NCBI GenBank assembly: GCA_965224085.1
Contig: CBDCYI010000009.1
Coordinates: 192,001 to 256,000, forward strand
Direction: 5' to 3'
Length of the DNA: 64,000 nt
Origin: Candidatus Marinacidobacterales bacterium
GTDB taxonomy: Bacteria > Acidobacteriota > Vicinamibacteria > Marinacidobacterales > SMYC01
The notes under the pieces are model-generated. The model saw nothing but the letters and a program-made list of their open reading frames with translations, ran no database searches and was not told the DNA's origin. Of this stretch, positions 37,763 to 47,085 are shown one piece after another (position 1 is the first letter of the stretch; each line of letters starts with the position of its first letter). The position numbers and the translations under genes were made by a program.

Positions 37763-38875
37763 TCACCCCGAAGAATCTACCTCGAACAGCTTCAAAAAGT
37801 CTTCGATCGGCGCCGGCGCGACCCCGGCGACCCCAAGATTCTCTCGAACGTGATCGATTGTTTTCATACCGACAAGTGCGGTAATGATGCCCGGGGCCGA
37901 TCGGACGAACTGGATGCAGCGTTGGGCGTCCGTGGCAAAGCCTTTGAAGAGCGTGCCGAGCCATTCGGGAAGACCTTGGGTCAGCCGACCTTGCGCGATG
38001 CTGGCGGACGCGACGATGCATACGTTGAGAGATTCCGCGGCCTGGCAAAGCGATAGAGTCTCCCCCGCGACCGATTGGGTTTGTAACGTCAGCCCTTCCG
38101 TCATTGCTAGGTTGAACGGCGCCTGCAAGAACCGGAAGTGGTGACCGTCTGGAGCCACCTCCCTGGCGATTCCCACAACTTCCTCGAGCGACATGTAGTC
38201 CGGAGCACCCGCCTCCACACGATAGGCATTCCAGGTCGCTGTGCCATAGAACGCGATCTTCCTCTCAGCGACAGCACTCTCTAGAAACTCGAAAGCGCTC
38301 CGGAGTTGGTCACGAAACGTATCTCGATCGCGCACTGCGAGCTGGGCTTCGGGGTTATGAAGGTAGTAGATATCGATTGTCGACACACCGAGATTGGTGA
38401 GGCTCTGGTCGAGCTGATCGGCGAGAAAGGCCGGGGTGATCGCGTGGTTGCCTCGAGCGAGGTCGTCGGGCCCGAAAAGCGAGCGCGCGATATAGTGCTC
38501 ATCGACCCAATCTTGCGGATTGTCGGGCGGCGCACCATCGAAAGCAATGTATCCGCCTTTCGTCGCGAGCACGAGCTGGTCGCGGTCGACTCCCGCTTTT
38601 GCGAGTTTCTCGAGCGCCCGGCCAATGGCGCGCTCGCTGCGCTGGCACCGATAGGTACTCGCGGTGTCGATCACGTTACATCCCATCCCGACCGCTTCGA
38701 GGATGGCTTCCGTATACGCGTCGTCCGTGGCATCGTCCGTCGCTCCGAGATAGGTACCCAACCCGATGGTGGAAAGTTTGAGACCGCAGGCCTCCCGAAA
38801 ATGCGCGGCCGCGACGTCTTGTTTGACAGCTCGCGCCGTGAATGTCTCCGTCCCAGATGTGGTGGCGCCCGACAA
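37763..38875 (-). CDS. aldo/keto reductase
   Basis: STIGLGTY, IDTASTY..SE, ATKGG, IDIYYLHNPE, LVGM. Confidence 0.92.
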   Translation of the reverse strand: MSGATTSGTETFTARAVKQDVAAAHFREACGLKLSTIGLGTYLGATDDATDDAYTEAILEAVGMGCNVIDTASTYRCQRSERAIGRALEKLAKAGVDRDQLVLATKGGYIAFDGAPPDNPQDWVDEHYIARSLFGPDDLARGNHAITPAFLADQLDQSLTNLGVSTIDIYYLHNPEAQLAVRDRDTFRDQLRSAFEFLESAVAERKIAFYGTATWNAYRVEAGAPDYMSLEEVVGIAREVAPDGHHFRFLQAPFNLAMTEGLTLQTQSVAGETLSLCQAAESLNVCIVASASIAQGRLTQGLPEWLGTLFKGFATDAQRCIQFVRSAPGIITALVGMKTIDHVRENLGVAGVAPAPIEDFLKLFEVDSSG

Positions 38876-38884
38876 ACTCTCCTC

Positions 38885-39379
38885 CTATTGAACGTACTGA
38901 ACGGGGCTACCGCTTGAAGTTTTGACTCCAACGCCGTGTCGGTAGACGAGCGCGCCGCCGCGCCCCGCCGTTTGAATAAGCACGCCGGCCGTGATGAGAG
39001 CGATGGCAAGTGCTCCGTAGCGCCGCGCGTTCGGCCGCGGAAAAAACTCGGCACGGTCACGCCACGCGAGATCGAATCGTAAGAACGCGGTGAGAAACAA
39101 GCCCAGGACCGACCCAAAGGCCCAATCCCCGTGCACCGCAACGAGCTCGCTTACAGCGGGGTCGAGACGCTCAATCATCGCGTTCTCCGCGAGCTTGCCG
39201 CTCACGGCTGCCGCGCCCGACCCAAGTGCGGCCAACCCGTAAATGAGGACCGCGGCCCGGTCGAGCCACATCGTAGGCCACCGCACGAGAACAGCCGTGT
39301 CACACAAAACCGCCGTCATGAACAGGGCGATGGGAAAGTGAACGAAGAGTGGATGCAGGTTCGGGAGCGACGAAAGCAG
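38885..39379 (-). CDS. DUF2231 family membrane protein (probable CTG start)
   Basis: NLHPLFVHFPIAL upstream of the annotated ATG, and the C-terminal GGALVYRHGVGV. Confidence 0.8.
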   Translation of the reverse strand: MLSSLPNLHPLFVHFPIALFMTAVLCDTAVLVRWPTMWLDRAAVLIYGLAALGSGAAAVSGKLAENAMIERLDPAVSELVAVHGDWAFGSVLGLFLTAFLRFDLAWRDRAEFFPRPNARRYGALAIALITAGVLIQTAGRGGALVYRHGVGVKTSSGSPVQYVQ

Positions 39380-39445
39380 AAATAGCCTCCTAATCTTCAG
39401 AAAGACTACCCCGCCGCCGCCTGCCGGGACAAGCTGTATCCGTCT

Positions 39446-40744
39446 TCACGAGCCCAGCATGTCGATGGTGGCCGCGGTCTCGATCCCGGTCTCCAAGAAC
39501 ACGAATTGCCAGGCCTTTCTTTGTTTCGCCGGAAGCTCGGAAAGGCGCACTTCTCCGTAGCTGCGATCGATCAAGCGCAGGGCACCGCGGGCATCGTCCT
39601 CGATAACGTCCTCGGCGCCACGCTCCGAGGCGAGCGCTTTGGCCGTCCAGAGCAGCATCGGATACAGGACGAGTAGCCTCGGTACAGCTTCTACGAACGG
39701 AATCTCCCCCTCCCCCTCTCTCAGGAAACGTTGGCCAAGGATCTTGGCCGATAGATATTGCTCAAAGAGACGGTCTCCGGAATCGGAGAGAAAAAAACCC
39801 GGACGAACGGCGTCCACGTATGCATAGCTCTCGGTGAGCTCGCGGTTGCCGAGCCACGGGCGTGCTTTCTCGAATTTGTATCCGTTCGCCGCTTGGATCC
39901 GGAGGGCGACTTCTTTTTGTCGCGCCTTCCCCGAAGCCCGGTAGAGCTCGGCCGGCGTCGGGTTGAGCAGAAGAAACATCAAATGAAAGAAGATAGCGCG
40001 CTGCGTCTTGTCCATGCCGCCCCTGGCGGGCCGCTCTCGAATCTGCTGGGGGATGCCCTTGGCCATCACTTGCCGCAACGTGCGCGCGGCATCCGTCCTG
40101 GGGTCGCTGGTCGTTCCGAGCCGCATGAACTCGGCGACAGCCCGAACGCGCTCGAACATCGACATCGAGCCATCGGAAAAAAGCCCCAGGATTTCGTGCT
40201 CGAGCTCCCAAAGAAGCCTTCCAGAAACCTCGTATTTCTTGGAAAATCGATAGGTACGCTGGCGCTCAACGACAGAAGCTTCGAAAGCGAGCTTGGTCCA
40301 CTCGGGCACGCGTTTTCTTATCGGCGCGCCTGTCAGGGCACTTATCGACCGGCAGGCGAAGGAAACATCGACCGCTATTCGATCTCCCACAGGCAAGAAG
40401 CCGAACGGGAAGAGCCGGCAGACGAGCGGCTTCGTTTTGCCGCCGAAATGCTCGTGGATCTGACACTGATTCTCGGCGCCGAGAAAAACGCAGGCACCAT
40501 CGGGACGCCGCGCCAAGACCCTCCGGCCACTCCGCGCGCTCCCGCCAAACCCGCCAAACCCGGAAGACACGTGGTCGACAATATTCGTCTCCACCAACGC
40601 GTCTACCAGCCCGTTCCAATCTAAAGCCGACAACCGCTCGAGCTCACCAGGGCCAAGTAGAATCTGCCACCCGCGGCAACAATCCCCACACCGGGTACAC
40701 TCGAAGCGCAAACTCGCGGGAAAGGAGAAAGCAGGCTGGCTCAC
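39446..40744 (-). CDS. YkgJ/FliB-like cysteine-cluster (Fe-S/Zn) protein
   Basis: FECTRCGDCC, CVFL..CQIH..KPLVCRLFP; GTG overlaps the upstream stop. Confidence 0.8.
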   Translation of the reverse strand: MSQPAFSFPASLRFECTRCGDCCRGWQILLGPGELERLSALDWNGLVDALVETNIVDHVSSGFGGFGGSARSGRRVLARRPDGACVFLGAENQCQIHEHFGGKTKPLVCRLFPFGFLPVGDRIAVDVSFACRSISALTGAPIRKRVPEWTKLAFEASVVERQRTYRFSKKYEVSGRLLWELEHEILGLFSDGSMSMFERVRAVAEFMRLGTTSDPRTDAARTLRQVMAKGIPQQIRERPARGGMDKTQRAIFFHLMFLLLNPTPAELYRASGKARQKEVALRIQAANGYKFEKARPWLGNRELTESYAYVDAVRPGFFLSDSGDRLFEQYLSAKILGQRFLREGEGEIPFVEAVPRLLVLYPMLLWTAKALASERGAEDVIEDDARGALRLIDRSYGEVRLSELPAKQRKAWQFVFLETGIETAATIDMLGS

Positions 40745-41148
40745 GGTTTCCGCGTGTGGACCCAATTGGTCCACTCCGCCTCGGGCGGCATCACGAACTC
40801 GCGGGCATGGTCAGGTTCATCGCTTCCGTGACAGCGGCGGCACGTCGCCTCCGTCGGGCGGATGAGTCCCGCCATCGACGCCTTCTCAGGATCGATCATG
40901 ACCTCCGCAGGCCAGTAATCTTCACCGCCGCCATGGCACGCTTCGCACTGGACCCCGCGCAGCCGAGCGCCGTCACTCGTGTGACACGAAAAACAGCGCT
41001 TTTCCGCGTCGACACCCACGGTGCCGGTGCTGGAATGGGATGTCCGCAGCCACGACTCGAACACAGCACGGTGGCAGAGCTTGCACCGCTCGGCTCCGAT
41101 ATAGCCGGTGAGAAGGCTGGCGCCCACCCACATCAAGGACAGACGCAT
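40741..41148 (-). CDS. small tetraheme c-type cytochrome (c554-like)
   Basis: Four CxxCH motifs (CKLCH, CFSCH, CEACH, CRRCH) and an N-terminal hydrophobic segment. Confidence 0.88.
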   Translation of the reverse strand: MRLSLMWVGASLLTGYIGAERCKLCHRAVFESWLRTSHSSTGTVGVDAEKRCFSCHTSDGARLRGVQCEACHGGGEDYWPAEVMIDPEKASMAGLIRPTEATCRRCHGSDEPDHAREFVMPPEAEWTNWVHTRKP

Positions 41149-41179
41149 GCGAACTCTCCGGAAACGGGCTCCGCCTCCC

Positions 41180-41611
41180 TCACCCCTCCGAGATGGTCAC
41201 TTTGATCATCTTGTCACCTTGCCGGATGGCGTCCACGACATCCTGCCCTTCGACAACGCGCCCAAAGACCGAATGTTTGTTGTCGAGCCAGGGCGTGGCG
41301 ACGTGCGTGATGAAGAACTGCGACCCGTTCGTATTCGGGCCGGCATTGGCCATCGACAGAATACCGGGGCCGGCATGTTTTAGCTCGGCGTGAAACTCGT
41401 CGTCGAATTTGTAGCCCGCGTCGCCGGTGCCGGTGCCCTGCGGGCAGCCCGTCTGGATCATGAAGTTGTCGAGGACCCGGTGGAACGTCAGACCGTCGTA
41501 AAATCCCTCCGTCGAGAGCTTGACGAAATTCTCGCACGTCCTGGGCACCTTATCGTCAAAAAGCTCCAAGCTGATAGTGCCCTTATCCGTTTCGATCGTC
41601 GCCGTCTTCAT
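41180..41611 (-). CDS. cyclophilin-type peptidyl-prolyl cis-trans isomerase
   Basis: [41 protein letters not shown]. Confidence 0.96.
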   Translation of the reverse strand: MKTATIETDKGTISLELFDDKVPRTCENFVKLSTEGFYDGLTFHRVLDNFMIQTGCPQGTGTGDAGYKFDDEFHAELKHAGPGILSMANAGPNTNGSQFFITHVATPWLDNKHSVFGRVVEGQDVVDAIRQGDKMIKVTISEG

Positions 41612-41655
41612 CGATACTCCTTTTTGAGGGTGGCAAAGTTTGAATAGAAATTCTA

Positions 41656-41793
41656 TCAGGGTCGTTCCGTAGAGGCGATGGCTTTCTCGATGGCCATGAC
41701 GGTAATGCGCGCGCGGTACTCTACGAGCTTCTTGCGGTTCACCGGGGCCACCCCGAGGGCGCGGTTGGTGACGAGAACATCCGCGTCGCTCAC
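41656..41793 (-). CDS. 45-aa small ORF or deletion remnant
   Basis: GTG overlaps the stop of the upstream gene ([45 protein letters not shown]). Confidence 0.3.
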   Translation of the reverse strand: MSDADVLVTNRALGVAPVNRKKLVEYRARITVMAIEKAIASTERP

Positions 41794-42968
41794 AAAACGA
41801 GCTCCACGCCGATCGCATCGTGGTCCGACAGCGGCACAGGACGGCCCTCGCGGAACTCATGGAAGACCATCGGATGCTCCGTGACGAGTCCTCGTGCCGC
41901 GAACCAGTCGACTTTGAGAGGACAGCGGCCATCATGATTTCGAAGGGCCCAGCGGATAAACGCGAAACACCAGCCAGGGACCCATTCTCCGAGGTTCTTT
42001 CGCGTTTTCTCGTCGTCGACTTGATAAGACAGCGTGCGCTCGCCGAGCTTGTTGCAATTCCGATAGTCGAAGGCGCGCTCCTCTAAAAGACCGAACAACC
42101 CTTTCTCGAACCATCGATAGGGGTGAAGGTAGTGCTCGATGGACCGGTCGATACCGAGAAACACGCGCAACCAATATCCCATAATCGCGTGAAAAGCCCG
42201 CGACGAGTTGTGCGTCGTCGTGTTCCAATCCCCGCCGATGAGCGCGCGATCATCGTCCCCGAGCGCATCCAGAATGTCTAGCATTTGCTTTTGCCGATGG
42301 CTCTGTCGGGATTGCGCATCGAGATGGACCGCAACAGCGGTCAGCGGAAGCCCCGGGAGCGCGACATCCACCGCGAGTGCTGTCTGGTTGCCGAGACGTT
42401 TTTCGCGCCCACTCATCTTGTCTTTTCCGTTCTCAAGCGGGATTGCGCGGGCGGAAGAGAGCGGATAGCGGCTCAAGACGGCATTGCCATGCAGGCCGAG
42501 CTGGTTATCGCCCGCGACATCGAACTCGACGCCTGAGCCCTTCGCCAAGTTGATATAGCAAGGCGCGAACGCGTAGTAGAGACCCAGCGCTCGAGCCATC
42601 GTCTGCGCGACCGCGAGATTGCCGGAACGCGCCATGCCGACATCCGTCTCAGTCAAGAGAAACAAATCGACGTCCCGGAGATAGGCATGCGTGCGACACG
42701 CCTCGATCTGTTCCTTGAGCTCGACCCCGCGCTCGAGATTCCATGAGAGCACGCGATAGCGCCTTTTCGCTGGCGCCGTGACGGATGCATACGAGCCGAG
42801 ATCGGTGGTCGCGAGCACGGTCAAGACAGTGGACTCAATCGAGCGATATACCGGGTGGGCGCGAAGCTCGGCCGTGGAGCCGCACTCGACGAGCGCGTCG
42901 AAGTGAGGCTTCAATTCGCCTTCGATGAGGGCGTAAACCTCGGAAGAGTGGCCGCGCAGCATAGACAA
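41790..42968 (-). CDS. endonuclease/exonuclease/phosphatase family protein
   Basis: [33 protein letters not shown]. Confidence 0.9.
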   Translation of the reverse strand: MSMLRGHSSEVYALIEGELKPHFDALVECGSTAELRAHPVYRSIESTVLTVLATTDLGSYASVTAPAKRRYRVLSWNLERGVELKEQIEACRTHAYLRDVDLFLLTETDVGMARSGNLAVAQTMARALGLYYAFAPCYINLAKGSGVEFDVAGDNQLGLHGNAVLSRYPLSSARAIPLENGKDKMSGREKRLGNQTALAVDVALPGLPLTAVAVHLDAQSRQSHRQKQMLDILDALGDDDRALIGGDWNTTTHNSSRAFHAIMGYWLRVFLGIDRSIEHYLHPYRWFEKGLFGLLEERAFDYRNCNKLGERTLSYQVDDEKTRKNLGEWVPGWCFAFIRWALRNHDGRCPLKVDWFAARGLVTEHPMVFHEFREGRPVPLSDHDAIGVELVL

Positions 42969-43059
42969 CAGAACATCGTAGCTCTCTCACTAGCAGGTGA
43001 CAACATCAACAACAACGCACCCGAACGAGCCGTGCTACGTGCTACCCTGCAGGGTGAGG

Positions 43060-44073
43060 ATGCGTCGACACGCCCCCAGTTCCACCGTTCTCGCCGCCGG
43101 CTGTGCCGCCTGGCTTGCTTACGCCTGCAGCGACGAGACCACACCCGATCTCGTGATCTATTCGGGCCGGGGTGTAGCACTCGTGCAACCGTTGATCAAC
43201 CAATTCGAGGCGTATAGCGGCTTCAAAGTCGAGGTGCGTTACGGCGGCTCTGCGCAAATGGCTGCCGCTATTCTCGACGAGGGCGTAGAAAGCCCCGCCG
43301 ACGTCTATTACGGCCAGGATGCGGGCGCACTCGGATCTCTCGCGAAAGCGGGCCGCCTTTCGGAGCTTCCGGGAGCTCTCCTCGATAAAGTCGAGCCCCG
43401 TTTCCGTGCGCGTGATGGCCGTTGGATCGGCGCCTCGGGACGCGCTCGCGTCCTCGTCTACAACACGAGCGTCCTTAGCGAAGTCGATCTCCCCGACAGT
43501 GTGCTCGAACTCACCGCGCCGCGCTTCAAAGGCCGCGTCGGCTGGGCTCCCAAGAACGGATCGTTTCAAGCTTTCGTGACCGCTATGCGCCTCATCGAGG
43601 GCGAGCAAGCGACGCGCGACTGGTTAGCCGCCATGGTCAAAAACGAGCCCAAGGCCTATCGCGACAACACGCCTCTTTTCGAGGCCGTGCTCAACGGAAA
43701 AATCGATATCGGACTCTCGAATCACTACTACCTCTTCCAATTCCTCAAGGACGGTCCCGCTTCTGAGCTCCCCGCGCGCAATTACAGCCCCCGTGGTGGA
43801 GGGGCGGGCGCGCTCATCAATATCGCGGGGGCCGGCGTTCTTACGAGCGCACCGCATCCGGAGGCAGCGCTCGACTTCGCCGAGTACCTACTCTCGAACG
43901 AGGCGCAGAGCTATTTCGCGGAAGAGACGTTCGAGTACCCGCTTGTCGAGCGCATCAGCACCCACCCGCTCATCGAGCCGCTCGCGGACGTGCACACGCC
44001 GGACATCGATCTGAGCCAGCTCGATGATCTCGAGGGAACGCTCGCTCTGCTCCACGAAGTCGGCGCGCTCTGA
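43060..44073 (+). CDS. iron(III) ABC transporter substrate-binding lipoprotein (FutA/FbpA-like)
   Basis: LAYAC lipobox, LVIYSGR, SPADV, GRARVLVYN, NHYY, ETFEYPL. Confidence 0.88.
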   Translation: MRRHAPSSTVLAAGCAAWLAYACSDETTPDLVIYSGRGVALVQPLINQFEAYSGFKVEVRYGGSAQMAAAILDEGVESPADVYYGQDAGALGSLAKAGRLSELPGALLDKVEPRFRARDGRWIGASGRARVLVYNTSVLSEVDLPDSVLELTAPRFKGRVGWAPKNGSFQAFVTAMRLIEGEQATRDWLAAMVKNEPKAYRDNTPLFEAVLNGKIDIGLSNHYYLFQFLKDGPASELPARNYSPRGGGAGALINIAGAGVLTSAPHPEAALDFAEYLLSNEAQSYFAEETFEYPLVERISTHPLIEPLADVHTPDIDLSQLDDLEGTLALLHEVGAL

Positions 44074-44107
44074 CGTAACGTCGCGACGATGTTAGGATCC
44101 TGCGCGA

Positions 44108-45280
44108 GTGTCCTCAATCGATAGCAAGTTCAAAGAGCGACTCGTCCACTTCCGTCGCGAGCTCCACCGCCATCCCGAGCTCGCGTTTCAAGAAAAACAA
44201 ACCGCCGAGCGTATTTGCCGAGAGCTCGACCGTCTCGGGATCACGTATAAGAGCGGCGTCGCCGAGACGGGAATCCTCGCCGAGATTCCGGGAGGCGATG
44301 GCGGTCCGGCAGTGGCCTTGAGGGCCGACATCGATGCACTGCCGATTCTGGAAGAGACATGCCTCCCGTTCGCGTCGGAGCATGAAGGCGTCATGCATGC
44401 CTGCGGCCACGACGGGCACACGACGATGGTTTTGGGCGCGGCCGAGCTACTCGCCCAGGACGGCGCTTTGCCTGCGCCCGTGCGGGTATTGTTTCAGCCC
44501 GCCGAAGAGCGCGGCGCAGGCGCAAAGGCGATGATCGCCGCGGGCGCGCTCGAAGGGGTGTCGATGATATTCGGCGGCCACGTCGACCGAAACTACGAAA
44601 CGGGTGTCATCGTTACCCACGCAGGTGCGGTCAACGCGTCCAGCGACAGGTTTAGCATCGAGATCCACGGAAAAGGCGGTCACGCCGCACGGCCGCACGA
44701 AAGTGTCGACTCTGTCGTGGTGGGCGCGCTGCTCGTCATGGCGATCCAGACGATTGTCTCGCGTGAGGTAAACCCCGCCCACCCTTGTGTGGTCACCGTG
44801 GGGCGCTTCGAGGCCGGTACCGCATCGAACGTGATTGCCGGCCGCGCGCTTCTCGAAGGCACGATCCGCGCGCAAGAGAGGCCGGTTCGTGACGGCATCA
44901 TCCAATCGCTCACCCGCATTTGCGACTCCGTGGCGAACCTTCACGACGCGAAGATCACGATGAGCGTGCGCGAAGGTGCGCCACCCCTCATCAACTCGCC
45001 GGAGATGGCCGAGCTCGCCCGCCGCGCAGCGAGCGCCGTCGTGGGCGAAGACAACGCAGTGCCGCTCCGCACAGCGAATATGGGTGGTGAGGACTTTTCT
45101 TACTACATGGAGGCGATCCCGGGATGCTACGTCCGTCTCGGCGTGCGCGACCCCGGGCACGAAGGCTTCCCGGCCCACTCGAGCAAATTCGACTTCGACG
45201 AAGCCGTCCTTCCAATCGGCGCCCGATACTTCTATGAGGTGGCGAAGCTCGCCGGTGAGAAGCTGCGAGAGAAAGACTAG
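44108..45280 (+). CDS. M20D amidohydrolase
   Basis: RRELHRHPEL, LRADIDAL, MHACGHDGH, FQPAEE, GGEDF. Confidence 0.93.
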   Translation: MSSIDSKFKERLVHFRRELHRHPELAFQEKQTAERICRELDRLGITYKSGVAETGILAEIPGGDGGPAVALRADIDALPILEETCLPFASEHEGVMHACGHDGHTTMVLGAAELLAQDGALPAPVRVLFQPAEERGAGAKAMIAAGALEGVSMIFGGHVDRNYETGVIVTHAGAVNASSDRFSIEIHGKGGHAARPHESVDSVVVGALLVMAIQTIVSREVNPAHPCVVTVGRFEAGTASNVIAGRALLEGTIRAQERPVRDGIIQSLTRICDSVANLHDAKITMSVREGAPPLINSPEMAELARRAASAVVGEDNAVPLRTANMGGEDFSYYMEAIPGCYVRLGVRDPGHEGFPAHSSKFDFDEAVLPIGARYFYEVAKLAGEKLREKD

Positions 45281-45314
45281 TGCTCGAACCCGCTAAGAAA
45301 GAGCCTGAGGCTTG

Positions 45315-46373
45315 TTACTCCGGACGCGCGCCAAGCTCCACGTCGAGTTCCACTATCTGGCTCTCCCGCCACACCGATACCCTCACAACATCCCCAACGC
45401 GGTGCTTCGTCTCGAGAACCACAGTGAGCTCCTGCCGTGTGCGAACAGGCTCCCCTCCGATCGCGAGGATGTAATCCGCCCCCAGAGGGATCCTCAAATT
45501 GCCGAGGCGCCCCAAGCGGCGGGGTCCGCGAATGCCCGCTTGCCCGGCAGGGCCGCGGCGAAGCGCTTCGGCGACGAGAATGCCACCACCACCGGGCGTG
45601 CGCACGCCATTGCGGTTGAGACGGGCGGCGAGGTTTTTGCTGACATCCATGAGTGAAATGCCCAGCCAAGGGTGCGCGTAGCGTCCGTGCTCGATGAGCT
45701 CGGGGACAACGCGCTCGAGCGTTGCCGCGGGGATCGCAAAGCCGATCCCCGCCGAGGCACGGCTTGGGCTGATGATGGCCGAGTTCAAGCCGATAACGTG
45801 GCCTTCGAGGTCGAGAAGAGGCCCGCCCGAGTTGCCGGGATTGATGGCAGCATCGGTTTGAATGATCTCACCGATGAAACGGCCGTCTGGGCTCTGGATC
45901 ACGCGCCCAAGGGAGCTCACTACACCCGTCGTGAGCGTTTGCTCGAGGCCGAACGGGTTTCCGATAGCGACCACGAAGCGTCCCACCTTCAAATCGCTCG
46001 AGCTCCCCAAAGGGATGGCTTTGAGCACTTCCGCCGAGACCTCGACTTTGATTACGGCAAGATCGTTCGACCGGTCGTAACCCACGACGCTCGCGGGCAC
46101 GCGACTCTCGTCGTAGAAGGTGACATGGAGCTCGCGCGCACCTTCAATGACGTGATAATTGGTGACGATGTGGCCGCGCCTGTCGTAGACGAAACCGGAG
46201 CCTGAGCCCTCCTGAGGGATGGGGCGCAAGAAAAAGTCGTAGGAAATGCTCCGGCTAGTGATGTTCACCACGCCCGGCCCCGCGTTCTCGAACACGAGCA
46301 TCACCTGCCGCTCGAGTTCTTGAGTCGATGCCATCGCCGCGAACAGGCTCAAGACCACCCAGATCGCCTTCAT
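45315..46373 (-). CDS. HtrA/DegP-like serine protease with PDZ domain
   Basis: GSGF..VTNYHV, DLAV, IQTDAAINPGNSGGP, C-terminal PDZ. Confidence 0.93.
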   Translation of the reverse strand: MKAIWVVLSLFAAMASTQELERQVMLVFENAGPGVVNITSRSISYDFFLRPIPQEGSGSGFVYDRRGHIVTNYHVIEGARELHVTFYDESRVPASVVGYDRSNDLAVIKVEVSAEVLKAIPLGSSSDLKVGRFVVAIGNPFGLEQTLTTGVVSSLGRVIQSPDGRFIGEIIQTDAAINPGNSGGPLLDLEGHVIGLNSAIISPSRASAGIGFAIPAATLERVVPELIEHGRYAHPWLGISLMDVSKNLAARLNRNGVRTPGGGGILVAEALRRGPAGQAGIRGPRRLGRLGNLRIPLGADYILAIGGEPVRTRQELTVVLETKHRVGDVVRVSVWRESQIVELDVELGARPE

Positions 46374-46449
46374 TTCACCTCCGTCATTATTCTATGTCTG
46401 CCTCGATTCGGATTTTCGATCGCTCTGAGATAGTATTTGCGCGGTAAAC

Positions 46450-47085
46450 ATGCTACACGCTCTCATAGAAACACTGTCGGACTACCCTCGTTTCTTTCTT
46501 TTCTGCCGTGGCCTCCTCGAGTCTAATTTCCGCGTCATCCGGCGGACGATCGAAGAGCATTTGAGACCTAATACCGATAGGAAGGTCCTCGACATTGCCT
46601 GCGGACCAGGCGCTTTTTCGGATCTCTTTTCCGAGGGGTCCTATACGGGGATCGACCTCAACCCGAAATATATCCGCTATGCGACCAACAACTATAGGGG
46701 GCAGTTCTCGGTGCAGGACGCCCGCGCTCTCGATTTTCCAGAGAGCGCGTTCGACGACGTCCTGGTTTATGGATTGCTGCATCATTTAAACGATGAAGAC
46801 GTAACTTCCGTTCTCCGCTGCATGCAGCGCGTGTTGCGTCCAGGCGGCCGCGCCCTCGTAATCGAGGACATCCCGACCGAATCAAGGCTCAATTTTGTCG
46901 GGCATCTGCTGCACTGGGTGGAGAACGGGCATCACATTCGCCCGGCAGACGACTATCGGGAGCTGTTGAAGCCGCATTTTCGATTCGAGGAGGAGCAGCT
47001 CTTCCGAAGCGGCGTCTGCGATTACTACATGGCGCGCGTCGTCGCCGACCGGAACGGAAGCACGAACGAACCCGCGGGATCATGA
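46450..47085 (+). CDS. class I SAM-dependent methyltransferase
   Basis: VLDIACGPG, GID, LHHL, VLRPGG. Confidence 0.9.
   Translation: MLHALIETLSDYPRFFLFCRGLLESNFRVIRRTIEEHLRPNTDRKVLDIACGPGAFSDLFSEGSYTGIDLNPKYIRYATNNYRGQFSVQDARALDFPESAFDDVLVYGLLHHLNDEDVTSVLRCMQRVLRPGGRALVIEDIPTESRLNFVGHLLHWVENGHHIRPADDYRELLKPHFRFEEEQLFRSGVCDYYMARVVADRNGSTNEPAGS

Noticed and set aside
41612-41935. N-terminal extension of the cyclophilin in the ORF track (41180..41935)
   Set aside because: The extension is not protein-like and overlaps the EEP gene; a GGAG ribosome-binding site supports the ATG at 41611.
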